From an uncultured bacterium (GTDB lineage: Bacteria; Patescibacteriota; Minisyncoccia; Phycocordibacterales; CAIZLB01): DNA of 64,000 nt. The notes below the pieces were generated by a model. It saw only the letters and a program-made list of their open reading frames with translations. It searched no databases and was not told the origin of the DNA. The position numbers and the translations under genes were made by a program. Shown piece by piece: positions 1 to 8,910 of this stretch (positions are counted from its first letter, which is position 1; every line of letters begins with the position of its first letter). Where the stretch lies: positions 159,905 through 223,904 of the forward strand of contig CAIZVZ010000001.1 of assembly GCA_903936565.1 (NCBI GenBank). Direction: 5' to 3'.

Positions 1-904
1 CATAACCACCAGCGATTATAAATGGCATAGAAGCTTCTGTTCCAGTCTTCTCTTTAAATCTTTTAACTAGGTCTTTTGAATCACTTTCAAGCACGGGAAC
101 AACCACTGTTCTCATCCCCGCAAGGTGTGGGGATTTCAAAACATCCTCACTATTGTGATATGCGGTATATATTTGAGTTTCAATACCTGACTCTCTTAAT
201 TGCTTTGCTAGAACCAATAGAGTTCCAGGAGTTTGTGTATTAATGATTAAAGCATCAGCTTTGATGTCTCTAACTTTTGCCACAACACTTTTAAAGTCAG
301 TCTGGTCTTCTGTAAATTTCTCATACATTGCCACATTTCCAAATTCTTTTATAAACACATCACTAATTCCAAGCGCATAGGTTGTATTTGCAGAAAGCAC
401 AGCAACTGTCTTTGGACTATATTTCTTTACCATATCAGCCATTACCTTTCCTCCATAAGAATCTACTGGCCAAATTTGAAATACATAATTACTCTTTGTG
501 GCTATTTCTGGATTTGATCCAGCTGTGATAACAGGAATTTTATTCTGATTAACCAAGTCAATCATTGCCATAGTCTCTCCACTACACATTCCTCCAATAA
601 TCGCATCGACTTTATCCACGTTCATTAATTTTTGAGCAGCGCTCACTGCCGTTTTTGAATCACATCCACCATCCTCATATATTACTTGAAACTTCTTTCC
701 ATCCCTTTCTCCATCTTTAAGAAGGTCACTGTAGGCAAACTGAACACCAGCCTTGTACAAATCACCGTACGACGCAGCACCTCCAGTTAGGGGTCCGATA
801 AAGCCGATTTTTATCACCCCGTCGTCCTTCTTTCCACCTACACTGATAATAATCAAAATTACGATAATTACCGCCAGAATCGTGGTTATAATCTTTTTAT
901 TCAT
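1..904 (-). CDS. Branched-chain amino-acid ABC substrate-binding protein (LivJ/LivK-like), runs off window start
   Basis: Not in the ORF track. Manual translation from ATG 904 gives MNKKIITTILAVIIVILIIISVGGKKDDGVIKIGFIGPLTGGAASYG; later motifs YEDGGCD and DFKSVVAKV. Confidence 0.9.
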   Translation of the reverse strand, partial: MNKKIITTILAVIIVILIIISVGGKKDDGVIKIGFIGPLTGGAASYGDLYKAGVQFAYSDLLKDGERDGKKFQVIYEDGGCDSKTAVSAAQKLMNVDKVDAIIGGMCSGETMAMIDLVNQNKIPVITAGSNPEIATKSNYVFQIWPVDSYGGKVMADMVKKYSPKTVAVLSANTTYALGISDVFIKEFGNVAMYEKFTEDQTDFKSVVAKVRDIKADALIINTQTPGTLLVLAKQLRESGIETQIYTAYHNSEDVLKSPHLAGMRTVVVPVLESDSKDLVKRFKEKTGTEASMPFIIAGGY

Positions 905-983
905 GCCCCCATTCTACCCCTTGCGGTGTAGGCGAGTCAACAGACATTTGGGGGCGAATTTTAATTTTAAAACACTTTTATAC

Positions 984-1015
984 AAAAAGACCCGCCACCC
1001 CGTGAAGGGTGGCGG
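984..1015 (-). terminator. Intrinsic terminator hairpin
   Basis: Stem ccgccaccc (992-1000) / gggtggcgg (1007-1015), followed by a U-tract on the minus strand. Confidence 0.75.
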
Positions 1016-1030
1016 TAAGATCTAATACGT

Positions 1031-1061
1031 AATATATTATTCCTTTTTTATTTTTTGTCAA
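1031..1061 (-). promoter_or_regulatory. Sigma70-like promoter just downstream of the NYN gene
   Basis: TTGACA (1061-1056), 16-nt spacer, TAATAT (1039-1034). Confidence 0.55.
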
Positions 1062-1087
1062 GCGTTTTTTGTATTTATTTAATAACA

Positions 1088-1632
1088 CTAGAATCTTTCA
1101 ATTTTACCCTTAATTTCATTTATTAATTTGTAATTACAACGAGGATGATTGATGGTAAAAGTCTTCAATTCCCAAGCTAACAAATCTTTAAAAGAAAATA
1201 TTCTTATATATTTTCCAGATTTCCAATAATATTCAACTACCGATAAATAATCACTGTCGCCTGTAAACAATATAATACAGTCAATATCGTCCTCATGTTT
1301 TCTTAAATCAATAGTAAGCTCAATATCCATATCACACTTAACGATACCGCAAGCCATATGCTTAAGGTCCTTTCTTATAACCTTATATCCAAAAGTTTCT
1401 AAATTATAATGAAATTTCTTCTGTTCTTTTGCGCTTTTTATATACTTTTCACCTTTTGGACTATTATCTTCGCAACCATAATAATTAAACAATATTGGTG
1501 CAAAATATTTATTAAGGTATTCTTTTAGCTTTTTGAAGTCTATTTTTTTCCCGACGCCTTACTTCCCCAAAGCATATTTGAGCCATCAATAAATACACCA
1601 ACTCTCAAATCTTTAATTTTAGGACTTGTCAT
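1088..1632 (-). pseudogene. NYN/LabA-DUF88 (PIN-like) nuclease split by a frameshift in an A7 run
   Basis: ATG 1632 gives MTSPKIKDLRVGVFIDGSNMLWGSKASGKK-stop. One extra A restores IDFKKLKEYL...FNYYG and joins the tracked ORF carrying KCDMDIEL and TGDSDY. Confidence 0.85.
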
Positions 1633-1809
1633 CAGCTTAATAATTACATGAAAATGCTCATTTACAAATTATTATGAGGTCTGTTTATGGCCATCAAATA
1701 TAAAGTTTTTATTATAAAATAAGTGTGAAATGTGGATAAAGCTTAAAAACAAAAAACGAGCACTTTCATGCCCGTTTTTTGTTTTCAGTCAATCTATTCT
1801 TTGGAATTA

Positions 1810-2925
1810 TTATTCCCCTATTGTCACAGGCTTACCATCCTTAATCATTCTAACTACAGCACCTGAGATCAATTGTCCATTTGAATCAAACTTCAATCCC
1901 TTTCCTAGCGCTCCATCAAAACTCTTGATACCAGTAAGACCTTCTTTAATTTGATCTTTGGTTGGAACCATCTTTCCATCGCCAACACCCTCAACTGCTT
2001 TTGCTATCAAATTAAATCCATCGTATGCGTTACCTGCACCAAACTTTGGAGATTCATTGTATCTTGCTTTATAAGAATCAATAAACCAATTTTGTGCGTC
2101 TGCCGAATTGATATACCATGAACCATTGAATGGTGTTAAATCATCGGCAAATTCAAATGTTTCGACAGAGGTTACAGGCTCCTTCACACCCATTTCACGC
2201 AATTGCTTGTACACAGTTTCGATTTCTGGACTTGATGATTGCAGAACATAGATATCTGGGTGCATATCCTTAACCTCTGAAATTAGAGTTCTAAAGTCTC
2301 TTGTGCCTGCGCTAAACTTCTGATTTGCAAGAACCTTAATATCAGTTCCCTCAATCTCCTTTTCGAATGCCTTCATAATGGCAGTTGCACCAGCGTTTCC
2401 TTGTATCTCAAAGAAAACTAATTTCTTAATTCCCTTCTTATTTAATTCTTTAACGAATAGTTTCGCATCAATATAAGGGGGTGTATAGTGCAAGAAGTTG
2501 TAATCTCCATTTGCAACGTTTGAGTCAGATGCAAAGAAATTTACATGGGGTATTTTTTGAGATTCTGCAATTGGACTTACAGCATTTCCAACTGGAGATC
2601 CGAATGAGAACAGCGCGTCAACCTTGTCTACACTTATTAATTTATTAACATTCGTAGCAGCTACGGTCGGACTGAATTTATCATCTTCAAATATAACTTT
2701 GTAATTATATTTTGTATTTTCCTTGTTCAATTTCTCCATAGCAAGCTCAATTGCCTTTTGACTACTTTGTCCAAGAACTGCAACGGGACCAGTTAATGGA
2801 AGTGTTGCACCAATTAATATTGTTGGCTTTTCACCCACAATCTTATTATTGAATGTTCCTGAAGTTGCAAGGATTGCAAGGATTGCTATAACAATCACAC
2901 CCAATATAATAATTTTCTTTTTCAT
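1810..2925 (-). CDS. Branched-chain amino-acid ABC substrate-binding protein
   Basis: N-terminal anchor, IGATLPLTG, FEDDKF, DFRTLI, AYD motifs. Confidence 0.9.
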   Translation of the reverse strand: MKKKIIILGVIVIAILAILATSGTFNNKIVGEKPTILIGATLPLTGPVAVLGQSSQKAIELAMEKLNKENTKYNYKVIFEDDKFSPTVAATNVNKLISVDKVDALFSFGSPVGNAVSPIAESQKIPHVNFFASDSNVANGDYNFLHYTPPYIDAKLFVKELNKKGIKKLVFFEIQGNAGATAIMKAFEKEIEGTDIKVLANQKFSAGTRDFRTLISEVKDMHPDIYVLQSSSPEIETVYKQLREMGVKEPVTSVETFEFADDLTPFNGSWYINSADAQNWFIDSYKARYNESPKFGAGNAYDGFNLIAKAVEGVGDGKMVPTKDQIKEGLTGIKSFDGALGKGLKFDSNGQLISGAVVRMIKDGKPVTIGE

Positions 2926-3117
2926 GTTTTAGTAAGTAATTTAATTTATAAATAACCCCCTTGAGTTATGTTAAGATTATGACACGTATATTAGTTTTGT
3001 GTAATCGCATTATCAACAGCCCTGTTAATTATCTATATTAATGGCCCCATTTTAGACCACAGTATATTTTTGTTCGTAAAAATTGACAGAAATTAGCCAT
3101 CTTGCGATAATACAATC

Positions 3118-3927
3118 ATGTTAGAAATAGACCAATTACAATCTCGCCTGGAAAAGACCGGGCTGACAGATAAAGAATCCATCGTCTACTCTGCCCTACT
3201 GGAGACTGGTGGCGCATATCCATCCAAGATTGCAGAGGAAACTAAGCTAAACAGAAGCACAGTTTACAAAATACTCCTAGACCTCTCTGTTAAGGGACTG
3301 ATAAGTGAAATTCAAAAGAAGGGGAAATTATTTTATCAAGTAGAAAATCCAGAGAAACTCACCAGATATCTTAAGGACAAAGTAACTATCGCCAATGATC
3401 ACTTGGAAAAGGCGAATAAATTGATTCCTGAAATTGAGGGGCTGTACAGTCTTTTTGCAGATAAACCAAAGATTTCATATTTTGAAGGACAAGAAAATGT
3501 TATGCAAATTTATGCAGACCATTTGAATGTTAAAAAGCCATATGAAATGCTTGCTTGGGCGAATACTACATATTTAAGCGATTTATTAAAATCTGACTTC
3601 TTTCTTAACTACAGGAAAACCAAAGAAAAGCTTGGCGTGACAACTAGGGGTATTATTCCAGACACAGAATACGATGTTGATTTTGTTAATAATACATATA
3701 CAAAAATTGGTATTGCAGAAAAATACTGGCCAGTCATGAAATATATTTCACAGAAAGATTTTTCATTTGAGGGCGAGATAACGATTTACGGGGACGATAA
3801 AGTTTCTATTGTTAATCTAAATAAAAACCACTTCACAGGAACAATAATACAAGACAAAACCATTCACAATATGATGCGGATGATTTTTGAACTGTCGTGG
3901 AAGGGTGCGGATTCTTATGATAAATAG
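3118..3927 (+). CDS. TrmB-family transcriptional regulator
   Basis: GLTDKESIVYSALL, RSTVY..L..L..KGL HTH, PKISYFEG, IYGDDKV C-terminal domain. Confidence 0.9.
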   Translation: MLEIDQLQSRLEKTGLTDKESIVYSALLETGGAYPSKIAEETKLNRSTVYKILLDLSVKGLISEIQKKGKLFYQVENPEKLTRYLKDKVTIANDHLEKANKLIPEIEGLYSLFADKPKISYFEGQENVMQIYADHLNVKKPYEMLAWANTTYLSDLLKSDFFLNYRKTKEKLGVTTRGIIPDTEYDVDFVNNTYTKIGIAEKYWPVMKYISQKDFSFEGEITIYGDDKVSIVNLNKNHFTGTIIQDKTIHNMMRMIFELSWKGADSYDK

Positions 3928-3961
3928 TATACAAAATATTGCATAAATTTATATACCTATA

Positions 3962-4005
3962 TTGACAATACCATTTAAGTATATTATAGTAATATTCAGC
4001 TCTTT
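3962..4005 (+). promoter_or_regulatory. Sigma70 promoter with boxA-like GCTCTTT
   Basis: TTGACA 3962-3967, 17 nt, TATAGT 3985-3990; GCTCTTT 3999-4005. Confidence 0.7.
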
Positions 4006-4056
4006 CCAGTCACGGACAGACGCTCACCAACTACACACCCCAGAAACACAGAAATC

Positions 4057-4707
4057 GTGAAAAACAACATCGCGTCAGCAGTCATCGCCGCAACCACACT
4101 GACACAAGCCCAATTCGCCGCCGGCGCCACCACAAGCTTTTTCTACAAAGCAGGGTCAGCCGGAAGCTACATTGCCCAGGGATCAGCGGGTTATATATCA
4201 AACGGACAAGGAGGTTGGGTTTTATCCACACCCCTTGACCAACCATATGATAGCTCCATCTTTATAAGGATGGTCGAAGGTAATTACAACCAATACTGGT
4301 TTATTCACCTTGACGGTCCTGCGGGTCAGACCCTTACCGCTGGAGTCTATCAGGCTAACCGCTGGCCATTTCAAAGCGCAAGCAAGGCGGGTTTTGACTG
4401 CGCTAGCAGTGGTCGCGGACTTAACATGTCAACCACCTACCTGGAGATCATTGACTTCCAACAGGACCCGATCACCAAGATTGTGAAAACGTTAGTGTTC
4501 AACGCCCTTCAGTTTGAGGAAGTTGAGAGCAACACGAGTCTGAACCTCGACACAAACCGCTATGCATTCCTATCCTACAGCTTTGGCTCGGATGCTAAGA
4601 TCAACGTGTCACCGTCCGCGGCTTTACTGGCCATGACTGTGCCGGAGCCATCAGGGTGGCTACTTGCGGGACTCGGCGCATGCCTCATCATCAAACGTCG
4701 GCGGTAA
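4057..4707 (+). CDS. Secreted PEP-CTERM sorting-domain protein
   Basis: Signal peptide; C-terminal VPEPSGWLLAGLGACLIIKRRR. Confidence 0.85.
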   Translation: MKNNIASAVIAATTLTQAQFAAGATTSFFYKAGSAGSYIAQGSAGYISNGQGGWVLSTPLDQPYDSSIFIRMVEGNYNQYWFIHLDGPAGQTLTAGVYQANRWPFQSASKAGFDCASSGRGLNMSTTYLEIIDFQQDPITKIVKTLVFNALQFEEVESNTSLNLDTNRYAFLSYSFGSDAKINVSPSAALLAMTVPEPSGWLLAGLGACLIIKRRR

Positions 4708-4745
4708 AACGCTAGACAACAAGTTACTCTTTCCAAGCAAAGAGA

Positions 4746-4782
4746 TGACCCCGAAGACGCAAGTCAACGGGGTCAAACTTTT
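4746..4782 (+). terminator. Terminator hairpin
   Basis: tgaccccg/cggggtca stem with inner gac-GCAA-gtc, then a short T run. Confidence 0.65.
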
Positions 4783-4812
4783 GGTTATTTTTTAATTTCA
4801 ATCTCCATAAAA

Positions 4813-5940
4813 CTACCTCACTTCCTTAACTACCTCCATCTCCCCACCCTTAATCTTATAAATATTTATTGGCGTATCTTTTGCTGAATGTTTTGCAGTA
4901 AAGGATGTCTCTCCGTTTACAGTCTTGAATGTATTACTCTCTATATACTTTGGTATTTCTTCAACAGTTTTTGATTTTGCAATTGATTCCGCAAGAATAT
5001 AAATTGCATCATAACTCTTGTTAGCTCCCCTTCTTGGCTTTTCTCCATATTTTTTCTCAAATCTTTTTACAAACTCATCTGAAGGGACTTCCCAATCAAT
5101 CATTATTGCACCTTCTAACTTACGCTTATCTACCTTTTGATTATTGAACACATCCCTCATTGTAGTATAGGCAATTAATTGCGGTTTGAAATTTAGTCCC
5201 TCTGCAACGTCGAGATATTTTACAATATCAAAATCTAACATATCCAAGAAAACTGCCGCCGGTTTCTTATCAACCAACTTGAGAATATTTGTTCTAAAAT
5301 CACTCGATCCAATAGCCGTATAAGATTCAACATTAAAAGTACCTTTATCTTTCATGATGTTGGCAAGCGTATGTTCAATCGACTCACCAAAACCAGACTT
5401 ATACCTAATCATCGCAAGATTGCTAATTTTGTTATCTGCAATTACAGAGTCTAATTGAGAAATAACCTGATTGAAGTTAGGATATAAGACAAAGCTATAA
5501 TCATTTCCTTCAAACACTCCGTCTATTTGGAAATTCACAGGAGATATGAAAACCTTCTTATCCTTTTGTGCTAGAGCAAAAATTGGCTGTGCAGTAAAAT
5601 CAAAAATACCACCAATTACAGCATCAGCATTTTGAATTCCTACAAGTTTCTGATATGCGGAAACTGACCCTTGCGGTGTTGTTTGATCATCCTCAATATA
5701 GAGCTCCACAGGTCTACCTTCTATACCACCATTTTGATTTATTTCTTCAACCGCCAAATCCATCGCCTTTTTGGACATATCTCCAAAATCAGCCGCAACT
5801 CCAGTTAGAGAAATCATGGCTCCAATTTTTATAGGCTTATTATCACTAGACAGATTACCACCCTGCTTATTTGCACTAATCACAAATACCAGACCAGCAA
5901 TCACAGCTATAGTTATTGCCAAATACATTATTTTTTTCAT
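4813..5940 (-). CDS. Branched-chain amino-acid ABC substrate-binding protein
   Basis: IKIGAMISLTG, INQNGGIEGRPVELYIEDD, DFRT, SYDA motifs. Confidence 0.9.
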   Translation of the reverse strand: MKKIMYLAITIAVIAGLVFVISANKQGGNLSSDNKPIKIGAMISLTGVAADFGDMSKKAMDLAVEEINQNGGIEGRPVELYIEDDQTTPQGSVSAYQKLVGIQNADAVIGGIFDFTAQPIFALAQKDKKVFISPVNFQIDGVFEGNDYSFVLYPNFNQVISQLDSVIADNKISNLAMIRYKSGFGESIEHTLANIMKDKGTFNVESYTAIGSSDFRTNILKLVDKKPAAVFLDMLDFDIVKYLDVAEGLNFKPQLIAYTTMRDVFNNQKVDKRKLEGAIMIDWEVPSDEFVKRFEKKYGEKPRRGANKSYDAIYILAESIAKSKTVEEIPKYIESNTFKTVNGETSFTAKHSAKDTPINIYKIKGGEMEVVKEVR

Positions 5941-6011
5941 GATGGACAATATTGTATATTATGTGTTATTATTGTTAAATAGTTCGGCGAATTACGAATA
6001 ACAACTAAAAT

Positions 6012-6785
6012 ATGACCCAAAAAACAACGACCGAGAATCTATTCAAAACACTACAAATTAAGCCTAATGCTCAGCTTGTTTTGGACTACCTAATTAAGCA
6101 TGGACTGTCCCCTGTTAAAGACATTGCTCATTCTTTGAATATGCCTAAATCAACAGTCTACGATTCCCTAGACGAGTTAGTCACCCAAAGTTTAGTCATA
6201 GAATACTCTGAAGAAAGAGGGCGGGTTTTTGGTATTGCAGACAAAGAACAGATTGCCAAAATTAGCGAACAGAAGATCAATGAACTCAGAGACAATCAAA
6301 GTAAATTAATTGAGTATATAAAAAATACAGAACGTGAAGACCCCTCCTCAAAACCAAAGATAAAATTTTATTTTGGTAAAGAAGGAATTAAACAAGCTTT
6401 TAGAGATACAATGTGGAATGAGAAATGTAAACAAACTTATCTAATGTGGTCCACAAAGTATATGTTAGACATGCTTGGACCAGAGTTTAGCGAATGGCAT
6501 AGTTCAATGCGCCTACGATACAAGATTGTATTAAATGTAATTAGAAAAAAGGAAGATAAAAAACTTGATAAGACCGAGGGTCTTAAAGAGGGTTGGAATA
6601 GTTTTAGAAATATTAGACAGGCTCCCAAAAATATTGATTGGAACATGAGCTATTGGATCTACGACAATAGGGTTTTATTTTCTGGCGGAGGAAGCGACAA
6701 ATTCGCTTTTATCGTGCACGACAAAGAATTTGCAAATCTAATGATAACTTTATGGAAGCAAGTATGGGAAATTAGTGAGAAATAA
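6012..6785 (+). CDS. TrmB-family transcriptional regulator
   Basis: PKSTVYDSLDEL HTH, KPKIKFYFGKEGI, WIYDNRV. Confidence 0.88.
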   Translation: MTQKTTTENLFKTLQIKPNAQLVLDYLIKHGLSPVKDIAHSLNMPKSTVYDSLDELVTQSLVIEYSEERGRVFGIADKEQIAKISEQKINELRDNQSKLIEYIKNTEREDPSSKPKIKFYFGKEGIKQAFRDTMWNEKCKQTYLMWSTKYMLDMLGPEFSEWHSSMRLRYKIVLNVIRKKEDKKLDKTEGLKEGWNSFRNIRQAPKNIDWNMSYWIYDNRVLFSGGGSDKFAFIVHDKEFANLMITLWKQVWEISEK

Positions 6786-6819
6786 GGCCTATACCCGATA
6801 TGACTAATACAAGGCAAGC

Positions 6820-7686
6820 CTACAGCTTATACTCCCCCATGAATCCTTGTGGTCTATACATCATCAAGAACAATAGGAGTAAGCCATAAACAACCTGCCT
6901 CATTTGTGCGGCAACGTCTGTTGGAAAGCCAACGAAGCGCAGTGCTTCGGGTAGTAGCATCAAGAACACTGTTCCCCAGAACACTCCCTTGTTGCTAGCA
7001 AGCCCTCCTAATATTACAATCGATAAAATAAAGATTGATTCATTCAATGAAAAACTTGATGGATCAATGAATGTAATGTAAGAAGCAAAGAGCGCGCCAG
7101 CAATAGCTGCCATTCCTGCGGCCAACACAAAGACAATCATTTTATATATTTTTGTATTATATCCAAAGACAGAGATTGCTTGCTCATCTTCTCTAATTGC
7201 TTTTATTACCCTACCAAAGCTTGAACCAACAACATATTGTGACAACAGATATACAAGAAGTGCGAGAACGGCAGAGAGAATCAAAAAATGTAAATTTGAT
7301 TTAAAAATAAAATCAAATATTTGTGGGCGTCCGATTCCTGGAATTCCGAGAGGTCCTCTTGTTAGACTTTGCCAGTTCAGCATTATACTGAATGCAATAA
7401 TATTAAAACCAAAGGATGCTAGTGCATAATAATCCCCTTTAAATTTGCCGAGAATCGCTCCAAGGACAAGGGAGACAATCATTGCGATTATCGCTCCAAC
7501 AATCATCGCAAAGAAAAAGTTCCAACCATATGAAGTCATGAGTATTGCCGTGCCATATGCCCCTACCCCAAAGAACGTGGCGTGTGTAATTGAAAGCAGC
7601 CCCGTGTATCCCACTACAAGGTTGAGACTGATTCCAAGTATTGACCAAATTGAAATTAAAACCAAAAGGTGAATTATATATTCCAT
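6820..7686 (-). CDS. livM: Branched-chain amino-acid ABC permease
   Basis: LNLVVGYTGLLSITHATFFGVGAY, LTRGPLG, FGRVIKAIREDE, YRPQG. Confidence 0.92.
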   Translation of the reverse strand: MEYIIHLLVLISIWSILGISLNLVVGYTGLLSITHATFFGVGAYGTAILMTSYGWNFFFAMIVGAIIAMIVSLVLGAILGKFKGDYYALASFGFNIIAFSIMLNWQSLTRGPLGIPGIGRPQIFDFIFKSNLHFLILSAVLALLVYLLSQYVVGSSFGRVIKAIREDEQAISVFGYNTKIYKMIVFVLAAGMAAIAGALFASYITFIDPSSFSLNESIFILSIVILGGLASNKGVFWGTVFLMLLPEALRFVGFPTDVAAQMRQVVYGLLLLFLMMYRPQGFMGEYKL

Positions 7687-7831
7687 ACTTAAATAATATC
7701 AAAAAAGAAGAGGGGTGGCGAGTATTTCTCTCTCGCTCACCCCTACTTTGGGTTCAAAGAAGGATAGTTTGATGTCTTAACAGCCTTGTCGACATAGGTC
7801 CGAACTTGAATAATCAATTCCTTACATGTCA

Positions 7832-8194
7832 TCAGATGTCATCTTCATGACCAGTAAGGACGAAGGATTCCTCGTATTCGCGTTGACGTATTTCAAGATC
7901 ACGTCTCCACTGTCTTTTGATGCACCTTGTTTTCTGACGCAATATGGCCATCTCAACTTCCATTCTCTCCTCTTGAACCAGTTGTTTCTTTAGTGCTTTT
8001 GCTTTAACTGCCCTTGCGGACAGCTCCTGTCCAATTGCTTTTCTGAGGGTTATGTCCCCTCCAGCAACAGTGCGAATGGCATCTCCAACCGTCATATCGA
8101 CGACTGTATTTGCCAACTCCATCACCCTCGCAGCCAAAACTGCAATAGGTGGATTGTTTGGTTCTGGTGGCATTTCATATTCCTCCGTTTCCAA
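7832..8194 (-). CDS. Hypothetical protein
   Basis: 120-aa ORF with TGTTATAAT directly upstream of the TTG start; no family recognised. Confidence 0.55.
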   Translation of the reverse strand: METEEYEMPPEPNNPPIAVLAARVMELANTVVDMTVGDAIRTVAGGDITLRKAIGQELSARAVKAKALKKQLVQEERMEVEMAILRQKTRCIKRQWRRDLEIRQREYEESFVLTGHEDDI

Positions 8195-8209
8195 TATAAA
8201 TTATAACAT

Positions 8210-8553
8210 AAAAAAAGCCGGCACCCAGATTGGGGCCGACGGCGGAAGGTAAAGTTTTATTACCTTGTGGTGAAAGTGGGCGTGGAAGCCTCTGTGGGAC
8301 TACCCGAGCGTTGGGAGGAAGTTCTCCTCCGTTTTTTTCAAGAGAAATAAGTGATTCTCTAGTGTAATTTACATCACAGCAACACGCGCCTGCCAGGGGC
8401 GCACAACCGTGGATATCAATTACATATCTCTAGGTCCAATTGTGTTTCAACGGATCGCACCCGCGAAGATTACGCGAATCCATCTAAGACAATTTCATAC
8501 AGAAGTGAAAACCAGCGGCCCCCACCCTAAGCACAAAGAACTTCCACGCCCGC
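8210..8553 (-). ncRNA. Candidate unannotated structured ncRNA (~340 nt)
   Basis: Own promoter; 5' GGGCGUGGAAG pairs with CUUCCACGCCC (8288-8278); about 7 internal hairpins; terminator 8240-8210; no minus-strand ORF in the track. Confidence 0.65.
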
Positions 8554-8557
8554 AGAA

Positions 8558-8586
8558 AATATACCACACACCGCAAAAACTTTCAA
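8558..8586 (-). promoter_or_regulatory. Sigma70 promoter of the candidate ncRNA
   Basis: TTGAAA (8586-8581), 17 nt, extended TGG-TATATT (8566-8558). Confidence 0.75.
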
Positions 8587-8910
8587 TTAGGAATAACCCC
8601 ACAAGTGTGTCATAGAACACAATTTGTCTTGACACATGTCAAGAGTAGGAACATACTTATTAAGTCGCAAGGATGTCTCATTACGAATACATACTAGAGC
8701 TTGGAATTTTCATTTAAAAATCGACTGCGGTAACTTCTCCCCTCCCGCATTGAAAAGCTCTCTATTAATGTATTCAATTAAAGTTTAATCACAAAGGGTC
8801 ACAAGCCTAACGTTTTTAACTTTTCTAGATGTTTTTACTTCTTAATAATATTAGATAAATAGCAGCAAATCTACATTAGTAGAAATGTACGCTAAATAAT
8901 AAATAAAATT

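Noticed and set aside
753-1025. Tracked plus-strand 90-aa ORF
   Set aside because: Antisense shadow of the binding-protein gene at 1-904.
7779-7812. Possible additional att-like repeat (gtcgacataggtccgaact)
   Set aside because: One base out of register, lacks the CTC start, and no tRNA is nearby; too weak alone.
8276-8553. RNase P RNA, suggested by plus-strand GAGGAAGTTC and a later ACAGAA
   Set aside because: No complementary P4 partner follows ACAGAA; promoter and G-U pairs favour the opposite strand.
8210-8553. tmRNA, SRP RNA or intron-containing tRNA
   Set aside because: No T-arm (GTTCRA), no SRP helix-8 motif and no convincing group I P7 elements.
8860-8900. c-di-GMP-I riboswitch-like GCAAA...ACGC segment
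   Set aside because: Second stem and GNRA/receptor elements are not present.
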